Below, piece after piece: positions 43,423 to 52,814 of a stretch of DNA of 64,000 nucleotides. This DNA is from an uncultured Faecalibacterium sp. (GTDB lineage Bacteria > Bacillota > Clostridia > Oscillospirales > Ruminococcaceae), in contig CALESJ010000035.1 in NCBI GenBank assembly GCA_937907025.1, forward strand, positions 5,763-69,762, read 5' to 3'. The position numbers and the translations under genes were made by a program. The notes below the pieces were generated by a model that made no database searches, was not told where the DNA came from, and saw only the letters and a list, made by a program, of their open reading frames with translations. Position 1 is the stretch's first letter, and the number at the start of each line of letters is the position of its first letter.

Positions 43423-43656
43423 TCAGCGCACCTGCTGCACGGTGTAGGTGAAGCCGTACTCTTCCTGCAGGGCCTTGACGGCGGGTTCGCAGTCCTCAAT
43501 GAAGGTGGGGGCGTACACGCTCTGGCCGTTGTGGGTCTTCTTGTAATCTTCCACGATCTGGGTCAGTTTGGCCCAGCCTTCGTCGGCCTTGGCGGGGTCC
43601 ATATCCTTCGGGAAGTCGATGATGAATTCACGATGGGTGGGGATGCGAGCTTTCAT
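43423..43656 (-). CDS. Hypothetical 77-aa protein
   Basis: ATG at 43656 with AGGAG SD. The sequence starts MKARIPTHREFIIDFPKDMDPAKADEGW... and carries no known motif. Confidence 0.55.
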   Translation of the reverse strand: MKARIPTHREFIIDFPKDMDPAKADEGWAKLTQIVEDYKKTHNGQSVYAPTFIEDCEPAVKALQEEYGFTYTVQQVR

Positions 43657-43715
43657 AGTGATACACTCCTGTTGATTATTTATGATAATATACACATTGT
43701 ATATTATTGGTGGGG

Positions 43716-44513
43716 TCATTCCACGCCGAAAACCCGGCGTGCGTTGGCGGCGCAGGTATCCAGCACCGTCTGGGCGTCTGTTTCCCACAGGCCGGCAATG
43801 TATCCGGCCACATGGATGATGTTGCGGCTGTCATTGCGGCGGCCACGCACCGGTTCCGGTGCCATGTAGGGGCAGTCGGTTTCCAGCACGGCACAGTCAT
43901 GGGGAATGGCGGCCAGCACTTTGGCGGCGCGTTTGGCGCCTTTGTAGGTCACCGCCCCGCCGAAGCCCAGGCACAGCCCCTGGGCCGTGAGCCAGGCGGC
44001 GTCCTCGGCGCTGCCGCTGTAACAGTGTAGCACGCCCCGGGGCTTGTACCGGCGCAGCAGCTCGTACATTTCGCCGTGGGCTTCCCGGTCGTGGATGGAC
44101 ACGGGCAGGTTCAGCTCGGCGGCCAGCTGCAGCTGGGCTTCAAACAGATCATACTGTTCCCGGGCGGGCAGGGGCCAGTGATGGTCCAGCCCGATCTCGC
44201 CCACAGCCACCACGGCCTTGTCCTCAAACAGCGGCCGCATGGCGTTCAGCTCTGCCCGCCAGTCGCCATGGTAGACGGCCACGGTGGGGGCGTCCTCCTC
44301 GCCCAGACTTTCGGGGTGAATGCCCAGGGCGGCATGGATGTAAGGGTAGGTGTGGGCCAGTTCCAGCACCCGGGGGGCATCCCCCGAGTGGGTGGCACAT
44401 TCCAGCACCCCCGCCACGCCGCCTTCCGGCAAGGCACGGCCCAGCAGGTCGGCCCGGTCGGCGTCGAACTGGCGGGAGGAATAGTGGGCATGGGTGTCAA
44501 AGATGTTGGTCAT
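43716..44513 (-). CDS. TatD-family metal-dependent hydrolase
   Basis: ATG at 44513 (MTNIFDTHAHY), with the conserved His/Asp/Glu pattern. Confidence 0.85.
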   Translation of the reverse strand: MTNIFDTHAHYSSRQFDADRADLLGRALPEGGVAGVLECATHSGDAPRVLELAHTYPYIHAALGIHPESLGEEDAPTVAVYHGDWRAELNAMRPLFEDKAVVAVGEIGLDHHWPLPAREQYDLFEAQLQLAAELNLPVSIHDREAHGEMYELLRRYKPRGVLHCYSGSAEDAAWLTAQGLCLGFGGAVTYKGAKRAAKVLAAIPHDCAVLETDCPYMAPEPVRGRRNDSRNIIHVAGYIAGLWETDAQTVLDTCAANARRVFGVE

Positions 44514-44529
44514 AAGGTACCTCGTATTT

Positions 44530-45477
44530 TCAGGCTGCCTTTTTGGGCTTGTTGACCAGGAAGATACCGCCGCACACCAGCACCAGAGCGGCCACATACT
44601 GCCACTCAAACAACGGCTCGGCATTGAGCACAGCCGAAAGCAGGGTGTTGACCACCGGAATCAGCAGCCCGAAAACGCTGATGCGGCTGACGGGGTTGTT
44701 CTTCATGAGCAGGGCCCACAGCACATATCCGGCGCCCGAAATAAAGGCCAGATACAGCAGAACCGGTACGGCAGCGGGGCTCTGGGGAGCCAGAGAGCCG
44801 CCCATGGCGAAGCCCAGCACGGCCAGAGCCAGACCGCCCACGCCCAGGTTCAGGCAGCAGACCGAGAAGCTGTCGGCTTTCTGGGTCACGGATTTGTTCC
44901 AGGGGCCGGCGAAGGCGAACACCGCCGAGGCAATGAGCATGGCCGAAACGCCCCAGGCGCTGCCGCCGCCGTGGTTGCCCAGAGTGGCCACCAGCACGCC
45001 GCCAAAGCCCAGCACACAGCCCAGAGCCTTGCGGGAGGTCATCCGGTCGGCGGCGCCGTAGATGAAATGGGCCAGGATCACACCCATGAAACTCTGGGTG
45101 CTGTTCAGGATGCCGCCGAAGGAGCCGGTCAGCTGGGCCACGGCCGAGTAGTAGAAGAAATACTGGGTAGCGGTCTGCCACAGACCCAGAGCGCAGCATT
45201 CGCCCAGCACCTTGCCGCGTGGCATGGGCAGGGGACGGCGTTCCATCAGGGAGCCGCACACCCAGACCAGCAGGCTGCCCAGCATGAACCGGACACCGGC
45301 AAAGCAAAGGATGGAGGGGGTATCGGCAGAATCAATCACAAACAGGCGGTACCCCATTTTGATGAAGGGAAACGCCGAGCCCCACAGGATGTTGCACAGG
45401 ACAGCCAGGGCCACCGCTGCGGTAGGAATAGAGAAAAGCGCATCAAGACGCGATTCCTGTACGGGTTTGGTTTCCAA
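44530..45477 (-). CDS. EamA/DMT-family transporter
   Basis: Ten TM helices in two EamA repeats. The TTG at 45477 with AAGGAAGG SD is preferred. The maximal ORF extends to 45549. Confidence 0.8.
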   Translation of the reverse strand: METKPVQESRLDALFSIPTAAVALAVLCNILWGSAFPFIKMGYRLFVIDSADTPSILCFAGVRFMLGSLLVWVCGSLMERRPLPMPRGKVLGECCALGLWQTATQYFFYYSAVAQLTGSFGGILNSTQSFMGVILAHFIYGAADRMTSRKALGCVLGFGGVLVATLGNHGGGSAWGVSAMLIASAVFAFAGPWNKSVTQKADSFSVCCLNLGVGGLALAVLGFAMGGSLAPQSPAAVPVLLYLAFISGAGYVLWALLMKNNPVSRISVFGLLIPVVNTLLSAVLNAEPLFEWQYVAALVLVCGGIFLVNKPKKAA

Positions 45478-45570
45478 AACGATGCCTTCCTTTGTTGGAA
45501 TAGTCAGCCTTTGGGCCGCATACAAAACCGGCGGCGCCCAAAACCGCAAGGCGGCGCCGTCGGTGCAAAA

Positions 45571-47553
45571 TCAGTGGATACGGGTGCCGACCGGTACGTC
45601 GTCACCGTAGAAGGCGATGGCGCAGCCGCCGTCGGCAGTGTCAGCGGCCATGATCATGCCCTCGCTGACATATTTGCCCTTCATCATCGGGCGGGGAGCC
45701 AGGTTGGCCACAATGGGCACACGCTTGCCCACCAGATCTTCCGGCTTGTACCACTTGGCAATGCCGGACAGGATGCAGCGCTCCTTCTCGCCGTCAAACA
45801 CGGTCAGATGCAGCAGCTTCTTGCTCTCCTTCATGGCTTCGCAGGCGCGGACTTCGGCCACCCGCATTTCCACCTTGCAGAAGGTGTCAAAGTCAATCTC
45901 TTCCTCGTGGTCGGTGATCTCGGCCACAGCCTCGGCCTTGGGGGCTTCGGGCTTGGCGGCCTCGGCAGCCTTGGCGGCGGCAGCGGCCTTGCGCTTGGCA
46001 TCCTCGGCTTCCAAGTAGGCGATCTCGGCCTTCACGTCGATGCGGGGGAACAGAACCTCCCCCTTGTGGACGGTGTAGGCGCTGCGCAGGGTGCCCATGG
46101 TGTCTTCCCGCAGCAGGTCGCTCAGCTCGTCGGCGCTTACGCCCAGCTGTTCGGCCATCTTGGGGGCGGTGTTGGGCAGGTAGGGCTGCAGCAGGGCGGC
46201 AATCAGTTCCAGCGCGCTGCACAGGTTGAACAGCACCGCGTTCAGGCGGGGCTTGTCCGCTTCGTTCTTAGCCAGCACCCAGGGCGCGGTTTCGTCAATG
46301 TACTTGTTGGCGCGCTGGACCAGCTCGAAAATGTGAGTCAGGGAAGTGGGCACGTCCAGGGCTTCCATGGAAGCATCCACCTTGCCGGGCAGTTCCCGCA
46401 TGATGGAAGCCAGGGCCTCATCCAGCGGGGCGTTGGTGACGGTGCCGCCAAAGTACTTTTCGCACATGGCCACGGTGCGGGACAGCAGATTGCCCAGGTC
46501 GTTGGCCAGGTCGGTGTTGATGCGGTTGATCAGGGCTTCGTTGGTGAAGGAACCGTCATTGCCAAAGGGCACTTCCCGCAGCAGAAAGTAGCGCACGGCG
46601 TCCACGCCGTAGCGGTCGCAGAGCTTGACCGGGTCCACCACATTGCCCTTGCTCTTGCTCATCTTGCCGCCGCCCAGCAGCAACCAGCCGTGGCCGAAAA
46701 CTTTCTTGGGCAGGGGCAGATCCAGAGCCATCAGCATGGCCGGCCAGATGATGGTGTGGAAACGCAGAATCTCTTTGCCCACCATGTGCACGTCCGCGGG
46801 CCAGTATTTGTCGTAGTCGTGGTAGGTGTCATTGCCGTAGCCCAGCGCGGTGATATAGTTGGAAAGTGCGTCGATCCAGACGTAGATGGTGTGCTTGGGG
46901 TCAAAGGGAACCTGAATGCCCCAGGACACGCTGGTACGGGACACGCAGGTATCCTGCAGACCCTGCTTGATGAAAGCGATCATCTCGTTCTTGCGGGTGG
47001 CGGGCTGGATGAAGTCGGGGTGGTCTTCATACCACTGGAGCAGCCGGTCGGCGTACTTGCTGGTCTTGAAGAAGTAGGCTTCCTCTTCGGCTTCGTAGAC
47101 GGGACCGCCGCAGTCGGGGCAGCAGCCGTCTTTCAGCTGGGCTTCGGTCCAAAAGCTCTCGCAGGGCTTGCAGTACATGCCCTTGTAGGTGCTCTTGTAA
47201 ATATCGCCCTTGTCGTGCAGGGTGGTGAAGATCTTCTGCACGCTCTTGACGTGGTAATCGTCGGTGGTGCGGATGAACCGGTCGTAGCTGACGTCCATGG
47301 TCTTCCACAGGTCCTTGACGGTGGCCACGATAGCGTCCACATATTCCTTCGGGGTCACGCCCTTTTCAGCAGCCTTGTCCTGAATCTTCTGGCCGTGCTC
47401 GTCGGTGCCGGTCAGGAACATGACATCATAGCCCTTGGCGCGCTTGTAGCGGGCCAGCGCATCGCAGGCCACGGTGGTGTAGCTGTGGCCGATGTGCAGC
47501 TTGTCGCTGGGGTAGTAAATGGGGGTGGTGATATAAAATTTCTTGTTTTCCAT
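45571..47553 (-). CDS. metG: Methionine--tRNA ligase (with a C-terminal tRNA-binding domain)
   Basis: ATG at 47553 (MENKKFYITTPIYYPSDKLHIGH). The KMSKS motif is present. Confidence 0.95.
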   Translation of the reverse strand: MENKKFYITTPIYYPSDKLHIGHSYTTVACDALARYKRAKGYDVMFLTGTDEHGQKIQDKAAEKGVTPKEYVDAIVATVKDLWKTMDVSYDRFIRTTDDYHVKSVQKIFTTLHDKGDIYKSTYKGMYCKPCESFWTEAQLKDGCCPDCGGPVYEAEEEAYFFKTSKYADRLLQWYEDHPDFIQPATRKNEMIAFIKQGLQDTCVSRTSVSWGIQVPFDPKHTIYVWIDALSNYITALGYGNDTYHDYDKYWPADVHMVGKEILRFHTIIWPAMLMALDLPLPKKVFGHGWLLLGGGKMSKSKGNVVDPVKLCDRYGVDAVRYFLLREVPFGNDGSFTNEALINRINTDLANDLGNLLSRTVAMCEKYFGGTVTNAPLDEALASIMRELPGKVDASMEALDVPTSLTHIFELVQRANKYIDETAPWVLAKNEADKPRLNAVLFNLCSALELIAALLQPYLPNTAPKMAEQLGVSADELSDLLREDTMGTLRSAYTVHKGEVLFPRIDVKAEIAYLEAEDAKRKAAAAAKAAEAAKPEAPKAEAVAEITDHEEEIDFDTFCKVEMRVAEVRACEAMKESKKLLHLTVFDGEKERCILSGIAKWYKPEDLVGKRVPIVANLAPRPMMKGKYVSEGMIMAADTADGGCAIAFYGDDVPVGTRIH

Positions 47554-47663
47554 GGGGGAAACATCCCTTTCCTTCAAAATCTCATCCAAAACACATTGAT
47601 TTCGTAAGCTGCGACCCGGCGGTCACATTCGGAACCCGGGCTGGCGGCATCGGGGACTGGTTT

Positions 47664-48404
47664 TCATTGGCGGCCTCCCATCTCGTCAAAACCGATGGGC
47701 TGCACACCGCAGGCAAGCAGCGCATGGCGGCACAGCACCTCGGTGCTGTCGATAAAGAAAGGTCCAAGCCCTTCATCGCGCTTGACCAGGCTCAGCTCGG
47801 TGCAGCCCAGCACGGCCATGTCACAGCCCTGGGCTTTCAGGTCGTCCACCGCGGCATTGAACACAGCCATGTCGGCCCGGCGGCCTTTTTTGATCTGGTC
47901 GTAGATCACCGACATGACCCCGGCCTGGTGGGCGGGGGAGGGCACAGCCCAGGGAAGGTCCGCCTCCCGGCACATGATCTGGTAGGTTTCGGCCTGCAGG
48001 GTGCCGTCGGTGGCCAGGATGCCCAGCTTTTTGCAGCCGGCGGCCTTGGCTTCGGCCACGGTCAGCCGGGGCATGTTCAGCACCGGCACCGGCAGGGCAG
48101 CGGCCAGACGGTCATAAAAATAATGCGCCGTGTTGCAGGGGATGGCCAGCACGGTGGCACCGTAGGCCACCAGACTTTCGCCATCCTTTTCCATCACGGT
48201 GAAGGGGTCTTCGTCGCTCTTGCCCAGGATGAAGGCGGTGCGGTCCGGGGTGGAGGCCCGGGAGGACAGCACCAGGTCGATATGATCCTGGTCGCGCACA
48301 GCGGGGGTGTGGTCGATGAGCATCTGATACAGATAACAGCTGGCGGCCGGGCCCAATCCGCCCAGAATCCCCAGCACTTGACGCTTCGGCTTGTTTTGTT
48401 CCAT
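47664..48404 (-). CDS. Aspartate racemase family protein
   Basis: ATG at 48404 with GGGAGGGG SD. The motifs are GILGGLGPAAS, IPCNTAH and LGCTELS, giving two catalytic Cys residues. Confidence 0.8.
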   Translation of the reverse strand: MEQNKPKRQVLGILGGLGPAASCYLYQMLIDHTPAVRDQDHIDLVLSSRASTPDRTAFILGKSDEDPFTVMEKDGESLVAYGATVLAIPCNTAHYFYDRLAAALPVPVLNMPRLTVAEAKAAGCKKLGILATDGTLQAETYQIMCREADLPWAVPSPAHQAGVMSVIYDQIKKGRRADMAVFNAAVDDLKAQGCDMAVLGCTELSLVKRDEGLGPFFIDSTEVLCRHALLACGVQPIGFDEMGGRQ

Positions 48405-48437
48405 ACACACCCCTCCCATTTTAAGCAGTACGTTTCT

Positions 48438-48466
48438 ATTATATCGCCCGGCGCTCCATTATGCAA
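48438..48466 (-). promoter_or_regulatory. Promoter of the aspartate racemase gene
   Basis: On the minus strand: TTGCAT, a 17-nt spacer, then TATAAT. Confidence 0.6.
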
Positions 48467-48472
48467 CCGGGG

Positions 48473-48507
48473 AAACCAAAAAGACCCTGCCCGACAGAAC
48501 AGGCAGG
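48473..48507 (-). terminator. Minus-strand intrinsic terminator (second of a tandem pair)
   Basis: CCTGCC-N10-GGCAGG followed by GUCUUUUUGGUUU. Confidence 0.45.
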
Positions 48508-48569
48508 AAAGAAGGATGCCCGCACGCATAGAGCGGAGGAAAGGGGCGAAAGCGGGAACCTGTACACAG

Positions 48570-48610
48570 AACAAAAGCCCCGGCGCACCGTTCTGTTGGT
48601 GCGCCGGGGC
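48570..48610 (-). terminator. Minus-strand intrinsic terminator closing the ORF-free tract
   Basis: A 13-bp stem GCCCCGGCGCACC/GGTGCGCCGGGGC with an 8-nt loop. CUUUUGU follows on the minus strand only. Confidence 0.65.
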
Positions 48611-50046
48611 GGTACTACTTGATTGGAGTCATAGCCTCATACCCTGTATTCGTTGTATGCAGATCATCGTTTCCAGAACTTGCGATGGTTTTGATCCGCT
48701 CCGTTGCGAAAGTGATTTCAGTGATCCGATCGATCGGATTTTTCAGGGTCTGCCATTGGAACTTGGGGTTTCGCTTACAAGAGGTTTGAAACGGTATCCC
48801 GGGATCTGCGTAAGCAGTCGAATCAGATTTGCCTTCCTTTTACTCAGGTTGGCCGGCCATTCAAGTTTGTTTCGGTTTCCATTTTACGGATTTTGTGCAG
48901 GTCACCCGAAAGGGAAGAACCTTTTACAACATCCTGATGGGTTACGATCCAATTTTGTCCGGTTTGATTTGCTGCGGTCTGTACGCAAAAACTTTTGCGT
49001 GGGAACGTACCTTTTAGAAGCGTTGGTTACCAAAGAACGGTTTGAACAGATTGCTGATCACTGAGGTTGCGGGTAAGGGTTTACTGCCAGAGGATGCATC
49101 CTCTTTTATCAACTGTACATTGGCGTTATCTCCTGTACGGTTAGATGAACGAAGATCGAACTTTTAAGGCTGAATCTTGCGATCCGAACCATTCAAATCT
49201 TACAAACTCTGGATACTTCCGGCCGTTATCTTGTTTCCCTTTTCTCAATCATACTTCCTTAGTGCTTCTCTTTCTTTTTTAAGGAAAGATTTTATCGGAA
49301 AGATCTGTCAAGAAGTTTTCTGTTACGCAAAACCTTCAGGCTTACGGGCCTTCCGATTTGTTTTGTAATCCAGGTCTTCCTTTCGGAATCCTTTGTTCGG
49401 GAATCACCGGCCACGAGGTCAGACTTTACGTTCCTTTCATCTAATCTATTCGAAACGCTTGGGGTCCAAACTTTGACGGGCCCTGGGTCTGCTGATCTCT
49501 ATTATACGAACCGATCATCGGTTTTTTGATCTTCTTTTACAGGTAATGACCTGCGGCTGTCAATGTGGTTCGTTTTTCTTCAGCAGGCCCAGGCCCGCCG
49601 GTGATGAATGGGATCTTTAAAGTTTGCCATGGGGCTGAGCCTCCTTTCTTACGAATCCCGCCGGCCTAGCCTTTGCACGTCTTTCAAGTTTTCCGATGGC
49701 CTTTCCGGTCTTCCCTTTACGGAGTCCCTGCAGTGTTCCCTTTGAAGCTGCCATTCCGTTTATCGAAACCAACTGGTTCCGAACCGGGGGTTCATGCTTT
49801 AGAGAAATCTTCTGCAAGCTGTCGAAAGAGTGTCCGTGCCTTTTTCGGTTCCTTTTGAAAGTGGCTACCTTGGAACTTTCTGTGGTTCCTTATCTCCGGC
49901 TGTTTTCTTTCTGTGACTATACTATATCACACGGGTCCGGGGGCGTCCATTCGCAGATGCGCCAAAGCTAAAATGGAATATTTGTTCATGTTATGGATGG
50001 AAATTGCATTGACAGATGTGGTATAATAAATATGTTCGGTGTAACT
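48611..50046 (-). ncRNA. Candidate large structured non-coding RNA(s), class unknown
   Basis: About 1.4 kb with no ORF longer than 91 aa and none with a plausible SD and protein-like composition. The minus strand is purine-rich with many GNRA-type loops and short perfect hairpins. The tract is bracketed by terminators. The strand call rests on terminator polarity and base composition only. Confidence 0.3.
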
Positions 50047-50099
50047 AAAAACGGGATGCAGCCCCCGCACAGGGGATTGCATCCCGTTTTGTTTTGTCA
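50047..50099. terminator. Bidirectional intrinsic terminator
   Basis: AAAACGGGATGCA..CCCC-GCAC-GGGG..TGCATCCCGTTTTGTTTTG. Confidence 0.7.
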
Positions 50100-50480
50100 G
50101 AAAACTGCCGGAAAAACTGCGATGTTGCGCAAGATACCCCATGCCAGCAGGGCGGCGATGTACCCGGCAACCAGTGCCAGCCAAAGGCGGCCGGGGCGGG
50201 TATCCCGCCACCAGAACCGCCATACAATCGCCGCCAGCAGGGGCGAAGTGGCCAGCAGAAAGGGATTGGCGGTCCAGGCGCCGGACCAGTCCCCCCGCAG
50301 CAGGCACAGGACCAGCGTGGTCACGCCGCAGCCGGGACATTGCAGGCCGGTCACCAGGCGGAAGGGGCAGGGGAGCCCGCCGAAACGGGCGGCAAACACC
50401 GCATAGACCGCCCCTGCACAGGCGAGGAACGCCAGGGTCCGCAGCTTGCGGCGCTTAGCCGGCGTAACGGTTGACAGCAT
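50097..50480 (-). CDS. DUF2752-family membrane protein
   Basis: 127 aa. The CPFRLVTGLQCPGCGVTT motif is present. It overlaps the upstream gene by 26 nt. Confidence 0.7.
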   Translation of the reverse strand: MLSTVTPAKRRKLRTLAFLACAGAVYAVFAARFGGLPCPFRLVTGLQCPGCGVTTLVLCLLRGDWSGAWTANPFLLATSPLLAAIVWRFWWRDTRPGRLWLALVAGYIAALLAWGILRNIAVFPAVF

Positions 50481-50952
50481 CCTGGAACAGAGCCAGATTG
50501 ATGATCTGGAAGCCGAACAGGGCGATGATCAGGTTGATGACGCCACTGTCCGATGTGCGGTTGAGGTAGGCCACCTTGCGGCCTATGACGTAGGCCCAGT
50601 AGAGGCCGTAAATGCCGCAGGTGATCAGGCTCAGCAGAAAGGCCACGAGGCCGCTGGGGGCGGTGGTATCGCCGGTCAGGTCGTTGATTTCGTCGTTGAG
50701 CACCACGAACCAGTAGATGGAATAGATGCCGCAGGTGATGATACTCAGGACGATGGCCAGGGCCACGCTGCGGCGGGGCCGCTGGTAAGCGGACTGGTAC
50801 ACCGGGCCGTCATGCGGGGGCTGCTCATAGCGGGGACCGTTTTCAGCGTGAGGCGGCTGGGTGTAGGACGATTCGGGCAGCGGGTTGCCGCAGTTGGGGC
50901 AGAAGCGGTCGTTGTCGGTGCAGGTGGCACCACAGCGGGGGCAGGTCTTCAT
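50455..50952 (-). CDS. Zinc-ribbon plus DUF4234-type membrane protein
   Basis: 165 aa. The N-terminus reads CPRCG..CPNCG, followed by two repeats of ITCGIY(S/G)(I/L)YW. Confidence 0.7.
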   Translation of the reverse strand: MKTCPRCGATCTDNDRFCPNCGNPLPESSYTQPPHAENGPRYEQPPHDGPVYQSAYQRPRRSVALAIVLSIITCGIYSIYWFVVLNDEINDLTGDTTAPSGLVAFLLSLITCGIYGLYWAYVIGRKVAYLNRTSDSGVINLIIALFGFQIINLALFQDAVNRYAG

Positions 50953-51010
50953 AGAGGGGTCCTCCTTCGCTTTTTATACATCCACCGGCGGCAGGGCCCG
51001 CCGGAAGAAT

Positions 51011-52768
51011 TTACATGCTTTCGGGGGCGCTGATCTTGAACATGGTCAGCACGTTGCGGATCACACCGCGCACGGCCAGGCACAGGGCAATACGGCCCTG
51101 CTGCACGGCATCCTCGGTGCCCAGAATACGGCAGGAGTTGTAGAAGCGGTGGAAGGCGCTGGCCAGGTCGATGACAAAGCGGGTGATGCGGGCCGGGTCG
51201 TACTTTTCGGCTGCTGCGGCGATCTCGGCAGGGAAGGCGGCCAGCAGACGGATCAGGGCCTGCTCGCTGGGGTCGGTGAGGACCGAAGCGTCCACGGCGT
51301 CAATGCCGCGGAAGGCGATGCCCTCGCTCTCCAACTTCTTCAGGATGGAGCAGATGCGGGCGTGGGCGTACTGCACATAGTACACCGGGTTCTCGCTGTC
51401 ATTGCGCACAGCCAGGTCCAGGTCAAAGTCCAGGGTGGAAGTGCTTTCCCGCTGGTTGAAGAAGAAGCGGGCGGAATCAATGGGCACCTCATCCAGCAGG
51501 TCGGTCAGGGTGATGGCCTTGCCGGTACGCTTGGACATACGCACGGGCTTGCCGTCGCGCATCAGGTTGACCATCTGCATCAGGACCACGTCCAGACGGC
51601 TGCCGTCCAGGCCCACGGCGTCCATGGCGCCCTTCATGCGGGCTACATGGCCGTGATGGTCGGCGCCCCACACGTCGATGGCCTTGTCAAAGCCGCGCAC
51701 GGCCAGCTTGTTGTAATGGTAGGCGATGTCGGCGGCAAAGTAGGTGGGAATGCCGTTGGCGCGCACCAGCACCTCGTCCTTGGCTTCCTCCTCGGAGCCG
51801 TCCTCGGTCTTGCGCTTGTTGACCACACCGTACTTGGCGGCAAACTGGGCGCTCTTGTACATGATGGCGCCGTCCTCGGCCTTGTAGCAGGCGCCGGACT
51901 CCAGCAGCTTGTCCACCACGGCCTTCACCGCGCCGGACTCGTGCAGGGTGCTCTCATGGAACCACACATCGTAGGTGATGCGGTATTTGCCCAGGTCGCG
52001 CTGCAGGCCTTCGATGTTCTTGGGCAGGGCGTAGTCGATGATAGCCTGCTTCAGCTCCTCAAAGTCGGCGTTCACATAGGCATCGCCGTGCTCGGCGGCA
52101 AAGTTCTTGGCGTGCTCGATGATATCGTGGCCCTGGTAGCATTCCTCGGGCAGGGGGCAGGCCTCCTCACCCTTGAACAGCTGCAGGTAGCGGATGGCCA
52201 GGCTCTTGCCGAACTTCTGGATCTGGTTGCCGGCGTCGTTGATGTAGAACTCGCGGGTCACATCATAGCCCGCCCAGTCCAGGCAGGCGGCCAGGCAGTC
52301 GCCCAGAGCGCCGCCGCGGGCGTTGCCCATGTGCATGGGACCGGTGGGGTTGGCGGAAACAAACTCCACGTTGTACTTTTTGCCGGCGCCCACGTCGGTG
52401 CGGCCGTATTCAGACTCGGAGCAGGCTGCGCGGACCACATCGGTGAACCAGCCGTTGCCCAGATACAGGTTGATGAAGCCGGGACCGGCGATCTCCACCC
52501 GGTCAAAGGGGCTGCCGGTCAGGTCCAGGCAGCCCACGATGGCCTCGGCAATCTGACGGGGAGCCTTATGGAACACACGCGCACCGGCCATGGCCAGGTT
52601 GCAGGCCACGTCGCCGTTCTTCACGTCCGCCGGAATTTCCACAATGTAGGCGGGCAGTTCGGCACGGGGCAGCGCGCCGGACTCCATGGCGGCTTCGGCG
52701 GCGTTCTGCAGCAGACCGCGGGCCGCATCCAGAGCGGCCTGGCGGGGGTTGTAGTGTTCGTAATTCAT
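51011..52768 (-). CDS. argS: Arginine--tRNA ligase
   Basis: ATG at 52768 with GGAGG SD. The HIGH-region motif is SANPTGPMHMGN. The DALR anticodon-binding domain is at the C-terminus. Confidence 0.95.
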   Translation of the reverse strand: MNYEHYNPRQAALDAARGLLQNAAEAAMESGALPRAELPAYIVEIPADVKNGDVACNLAMAGARVFHKAPRQIAEAIVGCLDLTGSPFDRVEIAGPGFINLYLGNGWFTDVVRAACSESEYGRTDVGAGKKYNVEFVSANPTGPMHMGNARGGALGDCLAACLDWAGYDVTREFYINDAGNQIQKFGKSLAIRYLQLFKGEEACPLPEECYQGHDIIEHAKNFAAEHGDAYVNADFEELKQAIIDYALPKNIEGLQRDLGKYRITYDVWFHESTLHESGAVKAVVDKLLESGACYKAEDGAIMYKSAQFAAKYGVVNKRKTEDGSEEEAKDEVLVRANGIPTYFAADIAYHYNKLAVRGFDKAIDVWGADHHGHVARMKGAMDAVGLDGSRLDVVLMQMVNLMRDGKPVRMSKRTGKAITLTDLLDEVPIDSARFFFNQRESTSTLDFDLDLAVRNDSENPVYYVQYAHARICSILKKLESEGIAFRGIDAVDASVLTDPSEQALIRLLAAFPAEIAAAAEKYDPARITRFVIDLASAFHRFYNSCRILGTEDAVQQGRIALCLAVRGVIRNVLTMFKISAPESM

Positions 52769-52814
52769 GTTTGAAACCTCCGTTTTCAAGTAAAAATCCC
52801 CAATGAGGATGCGC

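Noticed and set aside
44494-47607. A 1037-aa ORF on the plus strand.
   Set aside because: It is antisense to the clearly recognisable EamA transporter and metG genes. Its composition is dominated by G/A/V/H/Q/L runs typical of high-GC shadow frames, and it has no SD and no motif.
47554-47663. A T-box leader upstream of metG, and similarly upstream of argS/DUF1934 at 52769-52814 and 53262-53295.
   Set aside because: The intergenic spaces (about 110, 46 and 34 nt) are far too short for a T-box. No specifier loop or T-box sequence is seen.
48611-50046. The ORF-free tract considered as a group II intron, an rRNA fragment, a CRISPR array or a pseudogene.
   Set aside because: It has no reverse-transcriptase ORF, and I could not recognise a domain-V-like motif. 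It has no regularly spaced direct repeats and no similarity by eye to rRNA. No frame gives protein-like stretches. A degraded element cannot be fully excluded without searches.
50001-50099. A plus-strand extended -10 promoter (TGGTATAAT, 50020-50028) followed about 20 nt later by a terminator hairpin, considered as a tiny sRNA.
   Set aside because: The hairpin is better explained as the bidirectional terminator of the DUF2752 gene. The -35 region is poor, and the transcript would be little more than the terminator itself.
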